Source: Chloroflexota bacterium
GTDB taxonomy: Bacteria; Chloroflexota; Anaerolineae; UBA1429
Assembly: GCA_036774405.1 (NCBI GenBank)
Contig: DAIPBO010000012.1
Span: 18,645-82,644 of the forward strand
DNA length: 64,000 nt
Direction: 5' to 3'
Position numbers and translations under genes: made by a program. Position 1 is the stretch's first letter. Each line of letters starts with the position of its first letter. This document shows, piece by piece, positions 20,978 to 30,464 of the stretch. The notes under the pieces are model-generated. The model saw only the letters and a program-made list of their open reading frames with translations, searched no databases and was not told where the DNA came from.

Positions 20978-21409
20978 CTACCAATCGCCGGGATCGACGC
21001 GCCGCTGGCGCTTGGTGGCAGTTCGCCGGCGCTTTGTGGCCAGGCGCCGCTCGATAGACGCGCGGGTGGGCTGCGTGGGGATGCGGCGCCTGGGCACGTG
21101 TAGCGCTCTGGCCAACACGATGCGCAGCCGCTCGAGGGCATCCTGTCGGTTGCGCCACTGGCTCGCATAGCTGCTTGCGGTGAGGTGCAGCACGCCGTCG
21201 CCTTCGAGCTGGCCGCGCAACCGCTGTAGGAGGCGCTCACGCTGCACCTGGTTGAGGGCGGCTGAGCGTGCCACATCAAAGCGTAGCTCGACACGGGTCG
21301 AGGTCTTGTTGACCTTTTGCCCGCCTGGGCCGGCGCTGCGCGTAAAGCGCAGCTCGATCTCGCTCAGGGGGATGCTGAGCTCGGGGGTGATGCGCAATTG
21401 CTCTGCCAC
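20978..21409 (-). CDS. arfB: Alternative ribosome-rescue factor ArfB (peptidyl-tRNA hydrolase, GGQ motif)
   Basis: LSIPLSEIELRFTRSAGPGGQKVNKTSTRVELRFD followed by a basic C-terminal tail. The track ORF (to 21718) extends over the divergent udk gene. The true start is probably the GTG/TTG near 21395..21410; the exact start is uncertain. Confidence 0.7.
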   Translation of the reverse strand: MAEQLRITPELSIPLSEIELRFTRSAGPGGQKVNKTSTRVELRFDVARSAALNQVQRERLLQRLRGQLEGDGVLHLTASSYASQWRNRQDALERLRIVLARALHVPRRRIPTQPTRASIERRLATKRRRTATKRQRRVDPGDW

Positions 21410-21499
21410 AGTATCGACCTCGATGGGTGGGTGGTTGGCCCGCCTGGCTGACGCGACTAGACTGGTGCTATCGATAGCTCTGCCAGGGTTGGAGGGCGC

Positions 21500-22135
21500 A
21501 TGCACAGCAGGCCGTTTGTTGTGGGGGTGGCGGGTGGCAGCGGTTCGGGCAAGACCACCGTGGTCGAACAGATCATCCAGGCGCTCGGCACGCCCGACGT
21601 CACTGTGCTGCATCATGATGCCTACTATCGCGATCGCAGCGACCTGACGCCCGAACAGCGCCAGGCCATCAACTATGACCACCCCGACTCTTTGGAGAAC
21701 GCGCTGATGATCGCGCATCTAGAGGCGCTCTTGCGGCGCGAACCCGTGCAGGTGCCCGTGTATGACTTTAGCCACCACGCCAGGCTGACGCAAACCGAAC
21801 GGCTGGAGCCCGCCGAGATCGTCATCGTCGAGGGCATCCTGGTCTTTCAGGATGCTCGCCTGCGCGAGCTTATGGACCTGCGGTTGTTTGTCGAGACGGA
21901 CGCCGATGTGCGCTTTATTCGCCGCCTGCGGCGCGACCTCGAGGAGCGCGGCCGCACCCTTGGTTCGGTGGTACGGCAATATCTGGAGACGGTCAGACCG
22001 ATGTACCTCGAGTTCGTCGAGCCGAGCAAGCGGTATGCCAACATCATCATCCCCGAGGGGGGCTTTAACACTGTGGCCATCGATCTGGTGGTGACCAAGT
22101 TGCGCGAGATGCTCAGAGCGAGTCGTCAGGGCTAG
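21500..22135 (+). CDS. udk: Uridine kinase
   Basis: 211 aa. P-loop GVAGGSGSGKTT; typical Udk. Confidence 0.9.
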   Translation: MHSRPFVVGVAGGSGSGKTTVVEQIIQALGTPDVTVLHHDAYYRDRSDLTPEQRQAINYDHPDSLENALMIAHLEALLRREPVQVPVYDFSHHARLTQTERLEPAEIVIVEGILVFQDARLRELMDLRLFVETDADVRFIRRLRRDLEERGRTLGSVVRQYLETVRPMYLEFVEPSKRYANIIIPEGGFNTVAIDLVVTKLREMLRASRQG

Positions 22136-22220
22136 CCCATCCTCAGGTTGTCCACAGTTTCTGCAGGCCATCCACAGGAGATAGTATCATCTGTGGATAA
22201 CCTGTTAGCTGGGTGAAATG

Positions 22221-22251
22221 CAGAACGCCCCTCGGTCAGAGGGGCGTTCTG
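22221..22251. terminator. GC-rich hairpin between convergent udk and bioY (cagaacgcccctc / gaggggcgttctg); weak U-tracts
   Basis: Seen directly. A second palindrome (atccacag...ctgtggat) lies just upstream at ~22160..22200. Confidence 0.45.
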
Positions 22252-22264
22252 TGTCGGTTGCTGC

Positions 22265-22807
22265 CTAGCGTTGACGAGTGCTGGCCACGCCAACGGAAAT
22301 GATGGCTTTGAGCAGGTCTGCCACGGCAAAGGGCAGCACGCCTGCGCTGAACGCCAGCGGCATCGACCCGAGATAGAATGCGAGCCAGGCCGTTCCTGCA
22401 GCATAGATGGTCGCCAGGCCGGCCAGGGCGCCCAGGGCGCGGCCAGCCAGTGGCACACTACTGCGCTGTGCCAGCCAGCCCGCCACAAAGGCGGCAGCAG
22501 GAAAGGCAAGCAGGTAGCCCGCGCTGGGGCCAACAAAAGCCGCTGGCCCAATCAGCCCAGAGGCTGTGGCAGGGGCGCCCAGCAATACGGCTTGGAGATA
22601 GGCAAGCTGCGCCAGCAACCCGTCTCGGGGGCCGAGCAGCAGCCCGCTCAGCAGCACCACCAGCACCTGCAGGGTGAGGGGCACCGGCGAGAGTGGCGTC
22701 AGCACATTGATGCGGGCGCTCACAGCTGTGGCGCCTGCAAAGAGCGCGATGCTCAATACGCGGACCCAGGGGCGATAGTCGGCACGATGGAGAGCGCGTG
22801 TCAGCAT
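22265..22807 (-). CDS. bioY: BioY-family biotin transporter (ECF S-component)
   Basis: BioY pattern (hydrophobic, LTPLSPVPLTLQ...). Start is at the internal ATG (MLTRAL), preceded by GGAGG and a TTGACA-16-TATAGT promoter in the 22808..22896 gap. Confidence 0.8.
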   Translation of the reverse strand: MLTRALHRADYRPWVRVLSIALFAGATAVSARINVLTPLSPVPLTLQVLVVLLSGLLLGPRDGLLAQLAYLQAVLLGAPATASGLIGPAAFVGPSAGYLLAFPAAAFVAGWLAQRSSVPLAGRALGALAGLATIYAAGTAWLAFYLGSMPLAFSAGVLPFAVADLLKAIISVGVASTRQR

Positions 22808-22896
22808 AGAGACCTCCGAACAGCTAACTCGAACGACACATTTCCGGTCACTATAGGGATAAGGCATACGCTGTCAAAAGGCGACGCTCGTACGGC

Positions 22897-24213
22897 TCAG
22901 CCAGCGAAAAAGATGCGCTGTATGTCCTCACGGGTGATCTTGCCCGAGGCCAGCCGGTTGCGCAGCTCGTTCATCTGCTGTACCAGCGGGATGGCCTCGA
23001 GGGGGCTGCGATGTTCTTCAAAGGGAGGCAACTCGGCTGGCAGCTCGACGGCATCGCCGTGCAGCAGCGCCCTGACGGCATCGATGGCCTTGCCGGTCTG
23101 CACAAGCCCGTTGTGATTTTGTTCGACATAGTAGGTGGCGACGCCCGGCACGCGTGCAGACCAGAGCGGCACCTGCTCGTCGCCCGAGTCGGGACCGGTG
23201 TCATGGCGTTCGGGCAGCAGACGCAGCTCACCATCGTCGGTCTGACGACGCACGGCAGCAACGGTCTCATAGTGGCAGCCAGCGATCTCAATCTGCTCGA
23301 TATCGGGTTGGCAGCCCAGCACCAACTCATGAAAGCGCCTGGCCTCGCTCAGCAGGTCGCCGCGCACCGGTGGCCCCTGCCATTCGGTCTCGTCGTAGGG
23401 GTTCCAGTCCAGCGGGTAGGGGCGATCGCCCATGAACAGCTCGGGTGGCGGTGGCAAGAGCTGGTAGGCCGAGGGCAGGCCGAGGGCAAAGCCGAGCACA
23501 TCGTTAGCGGGGTTGAGGTGCTTGATGATGCGTGCGGGCCGCGCTTCACCGGCAAAGAGCAGGGCAGCCTCAGCGGCGCCCTGCAACGGTGTGCCCAGCA
23601 TGATCACCCGTTCGACGCGTCGCTCGGCTTCATGGGGATGTTTGGCCAGATAGGCACGGGCCACCAGCCCGCCCATACTATGGCACACCAGCGTAAAGCG
23701 TCGCTCGGGCTCGGTCAAAGACCAGCGCTCGAGCGAGTGGGCGAGCGTATCGGCGGTCCTGAGCACGCTGTGTCGCCAGTCGTAGGGGAACTCGTAGAGG
23801 CGCGTCTCGCGAGCAAGCGCCAGAACGATCTGTAGATACGACAGCTTCTCTACCCCGAGTGGCACAATGTCGACATCGGGCACGCGGTCGTCGACGCCAT
23901 CGTCGTCCAGATCAAGCAGGTTGAGGTGACCCTCGAGCAGCAGCCGTGGGTTGGGCCACAGCAGCGCGCTGATCCCACGAATGCTCGTCAGTTGTGAGCC
24001 CATGATACCAGGGATGAACACCGTCGCATTGCGCGGGTGTTCGGTCGAGGGGCGGTCGAGCAGGGCGCGTATCTCGGCAGTCTCGCGCTCGCTCATCACC
24101 AACTCCATCCACAGGTTGGGCTTGATCATAGCCAGTCCACGGCTCAGATGCTCCGCCGGGATTGACTCTAGCTGAGCGATGACCCACTGAGCGATGCTAT
24201 TGGCAATGTCCAT
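22897..24213 (-). CDS. LCAT-like (lecithin:cholesterol acyltransferase family) alpha/beta-hydrolase / putative lipase
   Basis: 438 aa. YDWR motif (EFPYDWRHS), nucleophile elbow CHSMGG, and a downstream acid/His region. The start ATG at 24211..24213 nearly overlaps the stop of the upstream STAND gene (24216). Confidence 0.75.
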   Translation of the reverse strand: MDIANSIAQWVIAQLESIPAEHLSRGLAMIKPNLWMELVMSERETAEIRALLDRPSTEHPRNATVFIPGIMGSQLTSIRGISALLWPNPRLLLEGHLNLLDLDDDGVDDRVPDVDIVPLGVEKLSYLQIVLALARETRLYEFPYDWRHSVLRTADTLAHSLERWSLTEPERRFTLVCHSMGGLVARAYLAKHPHEAERRVERVIMLGTPLQGAAEAALLFAGEARPARIIKHLNPANDVLGFALGLPSAYQLLPPPPELFMGDRPYPLDWNPYDETEWQGPPVRGDLLSEARRFHELVLGCQPDIEQIEIAGCHYETVAAVRRQTDDGELRLLPERHDTGPDSGDEQVPLWSARVPGVATYYVEQNHNGLVQTGKAIDAVRALLHGDAVELPAELPPFEEHRSPLEAIPLVQQMNELRNRLASGKITREDIQRIFFAG

Positions 24214-24215
24214 GG

Positions 24216-27200
24216 TCAGCCTCCAGAGGCGGCGCCCTGGGCGGTGGTGTTGCCTGTGGGCTGCCTCTCGAATATCTCGGGATGATCGATGCCATGTAGA
24301 ACCGTTCGCACCACAAGGGCCGCCACATGGTCGAGCTCGCTGTACGCCTCAGGCCCGCGGGCGCCGCCCAACACAGCCCAGAGGGCATGGGCGAGGGCGC
24401 GCCCCTGTGCGTCGGCCTCCAGTTTCTCCACGGCCTCGGCCGTCTCTGCCGAGAGCGCAGCGCCTCTGCAGGCCTCGGCGATGGCACGGATGAGGCCAAA
24501 CCATTGCTGCACAACCGCCGCCCCTGCTGGCGAGAGGGCAAAGGCGCGCTGCGTGCGTTGGCGCCAGGCAGCCTCTTGCTCGGCGTCGCCGCTGGCGTGG
24601 GCCACGCGTTGCAGCAGATGATAGATCTCCCAGGCGACGGCATTCTGCCCGCCCGCCTGACTGATCTCCAGGGCGCGCGTGGCATGCACAGCTGCTGCGG
24701 CCGGCTCGCTTTGGCTCAGATAGTGCTCGGCCAGCGCATGCAGCGCGCCGACGACCGACTGGGGCTGGTTAGCCTCACGGAAGGCCTCGACGGCCGCATG
24801 TAGATCGGCGACGGTGAGTTCGCCCTGTTCAAGCCGTGCGTGCAGCCGAGCTCGGCGCAAGAGCAGATTGCCGCGCACAGAGGGCAGTTCTGCGGCGCTG
24901 GCCACAGCCAGGCCATGGCCCAGGGCCTCGATGGCCGCCGGCGCGTCGTGTCGCCGAGCCTCTTGCAGGGCAGCCACCTGTTCCCACAGGCTGCACAGAG
25001 CGGGCCAGGCGCTGGCCTTGCTGAGGCTTTCGGCAGCCTGCTCAAACTGTAGAAGCGCGGCGTCGGTCTCCTCATGGGCTGCCATAGCGCCGGCCAGTTG
25101 GGCCTGCAGCAGGCCGACCAGTTCGAGATCGTCGAGCCGCCGCGCCAGCTCAAGCCCGCGCTGGGCGGCCTCTTGGGCAGCCTCTGGCTGGCGCGCCAGC
25201 AACAGCGCCTCGCCCAACTGACGCCAGGCCTGGGCCTCGGCCAGAGGCGCCTCGGGCAAGCTGCGCGCCTGGCTGAGCAGCGCAATGGCCTGCCTCAGGG
25301 TGGTGATCACCACGTCGGGCCGCAGTGAGGCGGTGAGCACCATGGCAAACAGCTTGAGGGCCAGGCCCTGGTCTAGCGTGGCCTCGGGGGCAGCGTAGGT
25401 CTGTCCCTTGTCGGCGGTGATGCGCTTGATGAGCCCCTGCAGCATGGGCGCCGCCTGATCGACACGCCCAGACTGTAGCAGGCGCTCGGCCTGGCCCAGC
25501 ACAAACCGCACCGCGGCACGGCTCAGAGGGCCCTCGGCGGGCACAGCGGTCGCAGTGGCCCTGTCGATGCGGCGTCGCAGGGCGGCGACTGTGTCGCCCA
25601 GGCCCGCCGTGACGAGTGCCGAGCCCGCCGCCTGCACCAGCTCGGCGGCCAGGTTCAGCTCGTCGGTCTCGATAGCCAGGGCAACTGACTGCACAATGTT
25701 GGCCAGCTCGAGACGCAGCAGACGCCGCGCAAGGCCCGGTGCACGTGCCTCGCCGCGTGGTAACCAGCCTAACAAGCCCAAAGTGCTGTTGGCATAGGGT
25801 TGGGCCAGCGCCTGCCGCTGGCGTAACGTGGCCTGCCGCGCCAGATGGCCCGCCAACGCAGGATGCATACTGATGCGGCTCAACGTCAGCCCCTGCACGG
25901 GCTGCTGGCTGAGCAGCCCCGCCGCAGCCAGCAGCGCCTTGAGGCGACTCCATGGCTCGGGCTCGAGGCCGAGCGTGCGCAAGGTGGTCGGCTCGAGAAA
26001 GCCCTGTGGATAGAGCCCCAGGCCGTTGACCGCCAGCCGTTCATCGGGCGAGAGGTCGTTGAGCAGGAGGTCGAGAGCGAGCTCTCCGCCTCGCTCCGTC
26101 CAGCGCGAAGCCTGTTGCACGGCATGCGGCAAGGTGCGCTCGATGGCGGCGCGTAAAGCCTCGTCAGAGCTGGAGCGCAGACGTGCTGCTGCGCATCGGA
26201 GCACCAGCGGGCTATCGCCCAGCTGCTGGCTCCAGGCGGCGGCTTCTTCTGTCGAGGCGCCGGCGTATGCCTGCAGCAGGGCCACACCCTCCTGGTTTGT
26301 CAGAGCGGGCAGCACTTGTGCAACCGGCTCGAGTGAAGCGAGCTCGGCCGGCATGCTCGCTCCATCGGCGATCAGCAGCAGGCGACAGCCGGGCGAGTGC
26401 GCCAACTCACGGGCTAGCGCCAGCAGCCGGCTGCGTGCGTCGTCGTCATAGTTCAGGTCGTCGCGGCTGAACGCGGCCTCGACATTATCCCACAGCAGCA
26501 GGGTGCGGCTTTGCGCCAGGGCCTCGTGCAGGCGGGCGCTCGTTTCAGGCGTGCCAGGTGTGGCGTCGGGCCCCACCAGCTGCCAGGTGAGATCGTGGAC
26601 GAGTGCATCAGGCAACAGTCCGCCATAGAGGTTGGTGTATACGATGCGGTCAAAGGTGGCAGTGCGCATCAGCCAGCGTGCCGTGGCGGCGGCGAGGGCC
26701 GTCTTGCCATGGCCCACTGGCCCATGCAGGCAGACGACGCGCGCCTCGGGGGTCAGCAATGCCGCCTCCAGGGCGGCACGCTGGAATGCGCGCCCAACAA
26801 ACGGGGCATCGGGGCTTGACGGCAGGCCGCCAGGGGTTGGCTGGAGCGCCAGCCGTTGCCAGGCCGGGCGCAGATCATCCTGCGTAAAGGGTACCACTCG
26901 CGCCACACCACTGGCCTCGGGTTGAGGGTTCGCCAGTGGGCGGCCTTCGGCGGCGCCCAGTGCCCAGCGGGCTGCACTGGTGTTGGGGGCGAGGTCACGC
27001 TGGACGCTCTCGCAGGCCAGACCGAGCGTCGTGCCCGCCAGTAGCTCGCTGAACAGCGTCTGCAGGGCGCCCTGCAGAGCCGACGGAGCCATATCTGCAG
27101 CGAGCCACAGGGTGGCAAGCTCATCAGGCAAAAAGGCCTCTCCAGACACCCAGATGACGAGGCCTACCTCGATGCCCGCGAGCATCTCCGTAAGGGCAGC

Positions 27201-27461
27201 GGCGCCCTCAGGCCAGGCCGGCCACGCCTCGCCAGAAGGCACCAGCAGGCAGAGCATGTCGATCACCGGCTCTGGCGTCTGCAAACGTTTGGCCAGGGCC
27301 TCTCTGCTTGCCGGGCGTAGCCACTCAATCTCGATCTGGCCGCCCTGCGCCTCAGCGGCAGAGAGCACGGCCGCAGCGCGATCATAGGCCAGCAGATCGG
27401 CTTGAGATGAGACGTCGCTCGAGGCGATCAACAGGCGCAATGACGGGCGAGGTTGAATCAC
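24216..27461 (-). CDS. STAND NTPase: N-terminal CHAT-like (dyad-less) domain, NB-ARC-type P-loop domain, C-terminal TPR-like helical repeats
   Basis: 1081 aa. Walker A VVCLHGPVGHGKTALA, Walker B LLLWDNVE, and a GxP-like DSPLVL. The C-terminal ~600 aa are Ala/Leu-rich repeats. Confidence 0.8.
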   Translation of the reverse strand: MIQPRPSLRLLIASSDVSSQADLLAYDRAAAVLSAAEAQGGQIEIEWLRPASREALAKRLQTPEPVIDMLCLLVPSGEAWPAWPEGAAALTEMLAGIEVGLVIWVSGEAFLPDELATLWLAADMAPSALQGALQTLFSELLAGTTLGLACESVQRDLAPNTSAARWALGAAEGRPLANPQPEASGVARVVPFTQDDLRPAWQRLALQPTPGGLPSSPDAPFVGRAFQRAALEAALLTPEARVVCLHGPVGHGKTALAAATARWLMRTATFDRIVYTNLYGGLLPDALVHDLTWQLVGPDATPGTPETSARLHEALAQSRTLLLWDNVEAAFSRDDLNYDDDARSRLLALARELAHSPGCRLLLIADGASMPAELASLEPVAQVLPALTNQEGVALLQAYAGASTEEAAAWSQQLGDSPLVLRCAAARLRSSSDEALRAAIERTLPHAVQQASRWTERGGELALDLLLNDLSPDERLAVNGLGLYPQGFLEPTTLRTLGLEPEPWSRLKALLAAAGLLSQQPVQGLTLSRISMHPALAGHLARQATLRQRQALAQPYANSTLGLLGWLPRGEARAPGLARRLLRLELANIVQSVALAIETDELNLAAELVQAAGSALVTAGLGDTVAALRRRIDRATATAVPAEGPLSRAAVRFVLGQAERLLQSGRVDQAAPMLQGLIKRITADKGQTYAAPEATLDQGLALKLFAMVLTASLRPDVVITTLRQAIALLSQARSLPEAPLAEAQAWRQLGEALLLARQPEAAQEAAQRGLELARRLDDLELVGLLQAQLAGAMAAHEETDAALLQFEQAAESLSKASAWPALCSLWEQVAALQEARRHDAPAAIEALGHGLAVASAAELPSVRGNLLLRRARLHARLEQGELTVADLHAAVEAFREANQPQSVVGALHALAEHYLSQSEPAAAAVHATRALEISQAGGQNAVAWEIYHLLQRVAHASGDAEQEAAWRQRTQRAFALSPAGAAVVQQWFGLIRAIAEACRGAALSAETAEAVEKLEADAQGRALAHALWAVLGGARGPEAYSELDHVAALVVRTVLHGIDHPEIFERQPTGNTTAQGAASGG

Positions 27462-27571
27462 TGTTCCTCCGCGTGCATAGTGGCTATTGACCCGATTATA
27501 CCCTGTGCGACGGCTTTGGTCAGCATCAGACCTTGGGTATACTATAGGGTGCTCATTCTGGAGGTACCCGC

Positions 27572-27937
27572 GTGTACACGGTATCGGTAAGACGCCATTT
27601 TGACGCTGCTCACGCCTTGCGGGGCTATGCTGGCAAGTGCGAGCGGCGCCACGGACATCGCTTTGAGGTGGTTGTCTCGGTGCAGCGCTGCCAGCTCGAT
27701 AGCATTGGTCTGGCGTTGGACTATGGTATCATCAAGCGAGAGTTGGACTCGGTGTTGGCGCTGCTGGATCACACGGACCTCAACGAGACGCCACCGTTCG
27801 ATGAGATCAACCCCAGCTCCGAGCATATCGCGGCCTATATCCATGATCAGATGGCCGCACGCCTGGGTGGGCCCATCGACCAGGTGCAGGTGTACGAGTC
27901 TCCCGACGCCTGGGTGACCTACACCCCTGATGCCTGA
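27572..27937 (+). CDS. queD: 6-carboxy-5,6,7,8-tetrahydropterin synthase QueD (PTPS family)
   Basis: 121 aa. Cys/His/His/Glu pattern (CERRHGHRFEV...). GTG start 5 nt after GGAGGT. Confidence 0.85.
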   Translation: MYTVSVRRHFDAAHALRGYAGKCERRHGHRFEVVVSVQRCQLDSIGLALDYGIIKRELDSVLALLDHTDLNETPPFDEINPSSEHIAAYIHDQMAARLGGPIDQVQVYESPDAWVTYTPDA

Positions 27938-27964
27938 GCATTCTCCCGGAGGCAGACAAGCCTG

Positions 27965-30373
27965 ATGGCTCAAGAGATCACGAGCGAATCGCACGAGTTC
28001 GACCAATGGCTCGAGACATCGACGCCCGACTATGACGAGCTGCCGGTGTTGCCCGTCTTGGCCCTGCGCGACTCGGTCATGTTCCCGCATATGATGGTGC
28101 CGTTGCTGGTGGGGCGCGAACGTTCCATTCGCGCGGTAGAGGCGGCTATGGCCGCTGAGGGCCGCCTGCTGGCGCTAGCCCAGCTCGACGAGGAGATCGA
28201 AGTGCCCGAGGTGAGCGATCTCTATCGCGTGGGCACCGAGGTCGTCATCGGCCGCAAGTTGCTGATGCCCGATGGCAGCCTGAGCATCTGGGTGCAGGGG
28301 CAGCGCCGCGTGCAGGTGGCCAAGTTTGTGCAGACCGAACCCCACATCGCGGCCACCGTCGAGCCCGTTGAAGAAGTCACCCGTTCCGACGTGCAGGCCG
28401 AGGCGCTCAAGCGCGCGGTGCTGCGCAGTTTTCATCGTGTCCAAGAGCTGAGCCAGAACATCCCCGAAGACGCCTATGTGGCTGCCGTGAACGCCGAGAC
28501 GCCCGGCCTGTTGGCCGACCTGGTGGCCTCGGTGCTGGGGTTGACGGTGGCTGAACGGCAAGAGGTGCTGGCAAACCTGGACTGCTACGACCGCCTCAAG
28601 GCGGTGCAGCGCATCCTCGCCGCAGAGCAGGATGTGCTCGAGCTGGAGAACCAGCTGCAATCGCAGGTGCAGCAAGAGATCGACCGCGGCCAACGCGAGT
28701 ACTTTTTGCGCGAGCAGATGCGCGTCATCCAGTCCGAGTTGGGCGAGGGAGACCCCTATGCGCAAGAGGTCGAAGAGCTGCGCACCAAGCTCGCCGAGTT
28801 GGAGCTGCCCGACGAGGTGCGCGAGCGCGCCGACAAAGAGCTCTCGCGCCTGAGCGGCATGTCTCCCATGTCTCCCGAGACGGGCGTTATCCGCACCTAT
28901 CTGGACTGGATCATTGCTCTGCCCTGGGGCCAGGAAACTGAGGATAACCTCGACATTGCGCGGGCCAAAGAGATGCTCGAGGCCTCGCACTATGGCATCC
29001 CCAAGGCCAAAGAGCGCATCCTGGAGCACATCGCCGTGTACTCGCTGGCCCGCGACAAAATGAAGAACCCGATCCTCTGCTTTGCGGGGCCGCCCGGCAC
29101 CGGCAAGACGTCGCTGGGGCGCTCCATCGCAGAGGCTCTGGGGCGCAAGTTTGTGCGCGTGAGCCTGGGCGGCATCCGTGATGAGGCCGAGATCCGCGGG
29201 CACCGCCGAACCTATGTGGGCGCACTGCCCGGCCGCATCATCCAGACCATTCGCCGCGCTGGGTCGGCCAATCCTGTGTTCATGCTCGACGAGATCGACA
29301 AGCTGGGCATGGACTTTCGCGGTGACCCGGCGTCGGCGCTGCTCGAGGTGCTCGACCCGGAGCAGAACAATGCCTTTTCCGATCATTATCTCGAGCTGCC
29401 GTTCGATCTTTCGCACGTGATGTTCATCACCACGGCCAACTATCTCGATCCGGTGCCGCCGGCGCTGCTTGACCGCATGGAAGTGATCGAGTTTCCAGGG
29501 TATATGGAGTACGAGAAGGTCCATATCGCCCGCAAGTTCCTGATCCCGCAGCAGATCGAGCAAAACGGGTTGGAGCAGCTCAGGTTCTCGGACGGCGCAT
29601 TGCAGGCGCTGATCCGTGAGCACACCAACGAGGCGGGTGTGCGCAATCTGGATCGGTTGATCGCCACCGTGTGTCGCAAGGCGGCGATGCGCATGGCTGA
29701 GGGTAAGGCGCCGCTTCGCCAGGTGTCGGCCCAGTCGCTCACCAAGCTGGTGGGCCCGCCCCGTTACACCTTTGGTGTGGCCGAGCGAGAAGATCAGATC
29801 GGCGTAGCCACTGGCCTGGCCTGGACTGAGGCCGGCGGAGACACCATGTCGATCGAGGTGAGCATTGTGGCAGGCAAGGGGAGCCTGCTGCTCACGGGGC
29901 AGCTGGGCGACGTGATGCAAGAGTCTGCGCAGGCAGCGCTGAGCTATGCGCGCTCGCGGGCCGAGGACTATGGTTTTGACGATGTCGATTTCGACAAGAT
30001 CGATATCCATGTGCACGTGCCCGAGGGCGCTGTGCCCAAAGATGGCCCGTCGGCAGGCATTACCATTGCCACCGCCCTCATCTCGGCGCTGAGCGGCCGC
30101 GCCGTGGACCATCAAGTGACCATGACCGGCGAGATCACCTTGCGCGGGCGGGTGCTGCCCATCGGCGGCCTGCGAGAAAAGGCGTTGGCCGCGCACCGCG
30201 CTGGCCTCAAGACGATCCTCGTGCCCAAGCAGAACGATCGCGATATGGTCGAGGTGCCCAGGAACTTGATGCGCAATATGCGCTTTGTGTTTGTTGAGAA
30301 CATGGACCAGGTGGTGCCCGTGGCGCTGCGCACGCAGGCCGATCAGCGGGCGCGGAACCATTTTTTGCAGTAG
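27965..30373 (+). CDS. lon: ATP-dependent Lon protease
   Basis: 802 aa. LON N-domain, AAA+ (GPPGTGKTS) and Ser-Lys protease domain (DGPSAGIT). Confidence 0.95.
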   Translation: MAQEITSESHEFDQWLETSTPDYDELPVLPVLALRDSVMFPHMMVPLLVGRERSIRAVEAAMAAEGRLLALAQLDEEIEVPEVSDLYRVGTEVVIGRKLLMPDGSLSIWVQGQRRVQVAKFVQTEPHIAATVEPVEEVTRSDVQAEALKRAVLRSFHRVQELSQNIPEDAYVAAVNAETPGLLADLVASVLGLTVAERQEVLANLDCYDRLKAVQRILAAEQDVLELENQLQSQVQQEIDRGQREYFLREQMRVIQSELGEGDPYAQEVEELRTKLAELELPDEVRERADKELSRLSGMSPMSPETGVIRTYLDWIIALPWGQETEDNLDIARAKEMLEASHYGIPKAKERILEHIAVYSLARDKMKNPILCFAGPPGTGKTSLGRSIAEALGRKFVRVSLGGIRDEAEIRGHRRTYVGALPGRIIQTIRRAGSANPVFMLDEIDKLGMDFRGDPASALLEVLDPEQNNAFSDHYLELPFDLSHVMFITTANYLDPVPPALLDRMEVIEFPGYMEYEKVHIARKFLIPQQIEQNGLEQLRFSDGALQALIREHTNEAGVRNLDRLIATVCRKAAMRMAEGKAPLRQVSAQSLTKLVGPPRYTFGVAEREDQIGVATGLAWTEAGGDTMSIEVSIVAGKGSLLLTGQLGDVMQESAQAALSYARSRAEDYGFDDVDFDKIDIHVHVPEGAVPKDGPSAGITIATALISALSGRAVDHQVTMTGEITLRGRVLPIGGLREKALAAHRAGLKTILVPKQNDRDMVEVPRNLMRNMRFVFVENMDQVVPVALRTQADQRARNHFLQ

Positions 30374-30386
30374 ACCGATCTGTACT

Positions 30387-30419
30387 CAAGAGGCCGCGTC
30401 GTACAGGCGCGGCCTCTTG
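30387..30419 (+). terminator. Hairpin terminator after lon (caagaggccgcg / cgcggcctcttg), followed by an extended -10 (TGTGTATAAT) for the next gene
   Basis: Seen directly. Confidence 0.55.
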
Positions 30420-30464
30420 GCGTTGTGTGTATAATCGCAGCAGCAGCAAGAGGAGGGGCCCGAC

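Noticed and set aside
20978-21718. Full 246-aa track ORF for arfB
   Set aside because: The N-terminal 100 codons overlap the divergent udk coding region and show no homology. The ArfB domain proper begins near the GGQ region, so a downstream start (~21395..21410) is used.
22136-22264. Palindromes ttgtccacag...ctgtggataa downstream of bioY, considered as a BirA/bioO operator
   Set aside because: They lie 3' of both convergent genes (udk and bioY), not in the bioY promoter, which is at 22808..22896 with TTGACA-16-TATAGT. More plausibly terminator hairpins.
24289-27387. Multiple 60-270-aa ORFs on both strands across the STAND gene (e.g. 25150..25953)
   Set aside because: All are alternative frames of the 1081-aa NB-ARC/TPR ORF, which has coherent Walker A/B motifs. 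Arg/Ala/Pro-rich.
27462-27571. Region upstream of queD, considered as a preQ1 riboswitch
   Set aside because: Too short a transcribed leader (promoter-like TATACT at ~27541 is only ~25 nt from the GTG), and no preQ1-I/II consensus. Interpreted as a divergent promoter region shared with the STAND operon.
28175-30361. 728-aa minus-strand ORF
   Set aside because: Antisense to lon. The Lon translation is unambiguous.
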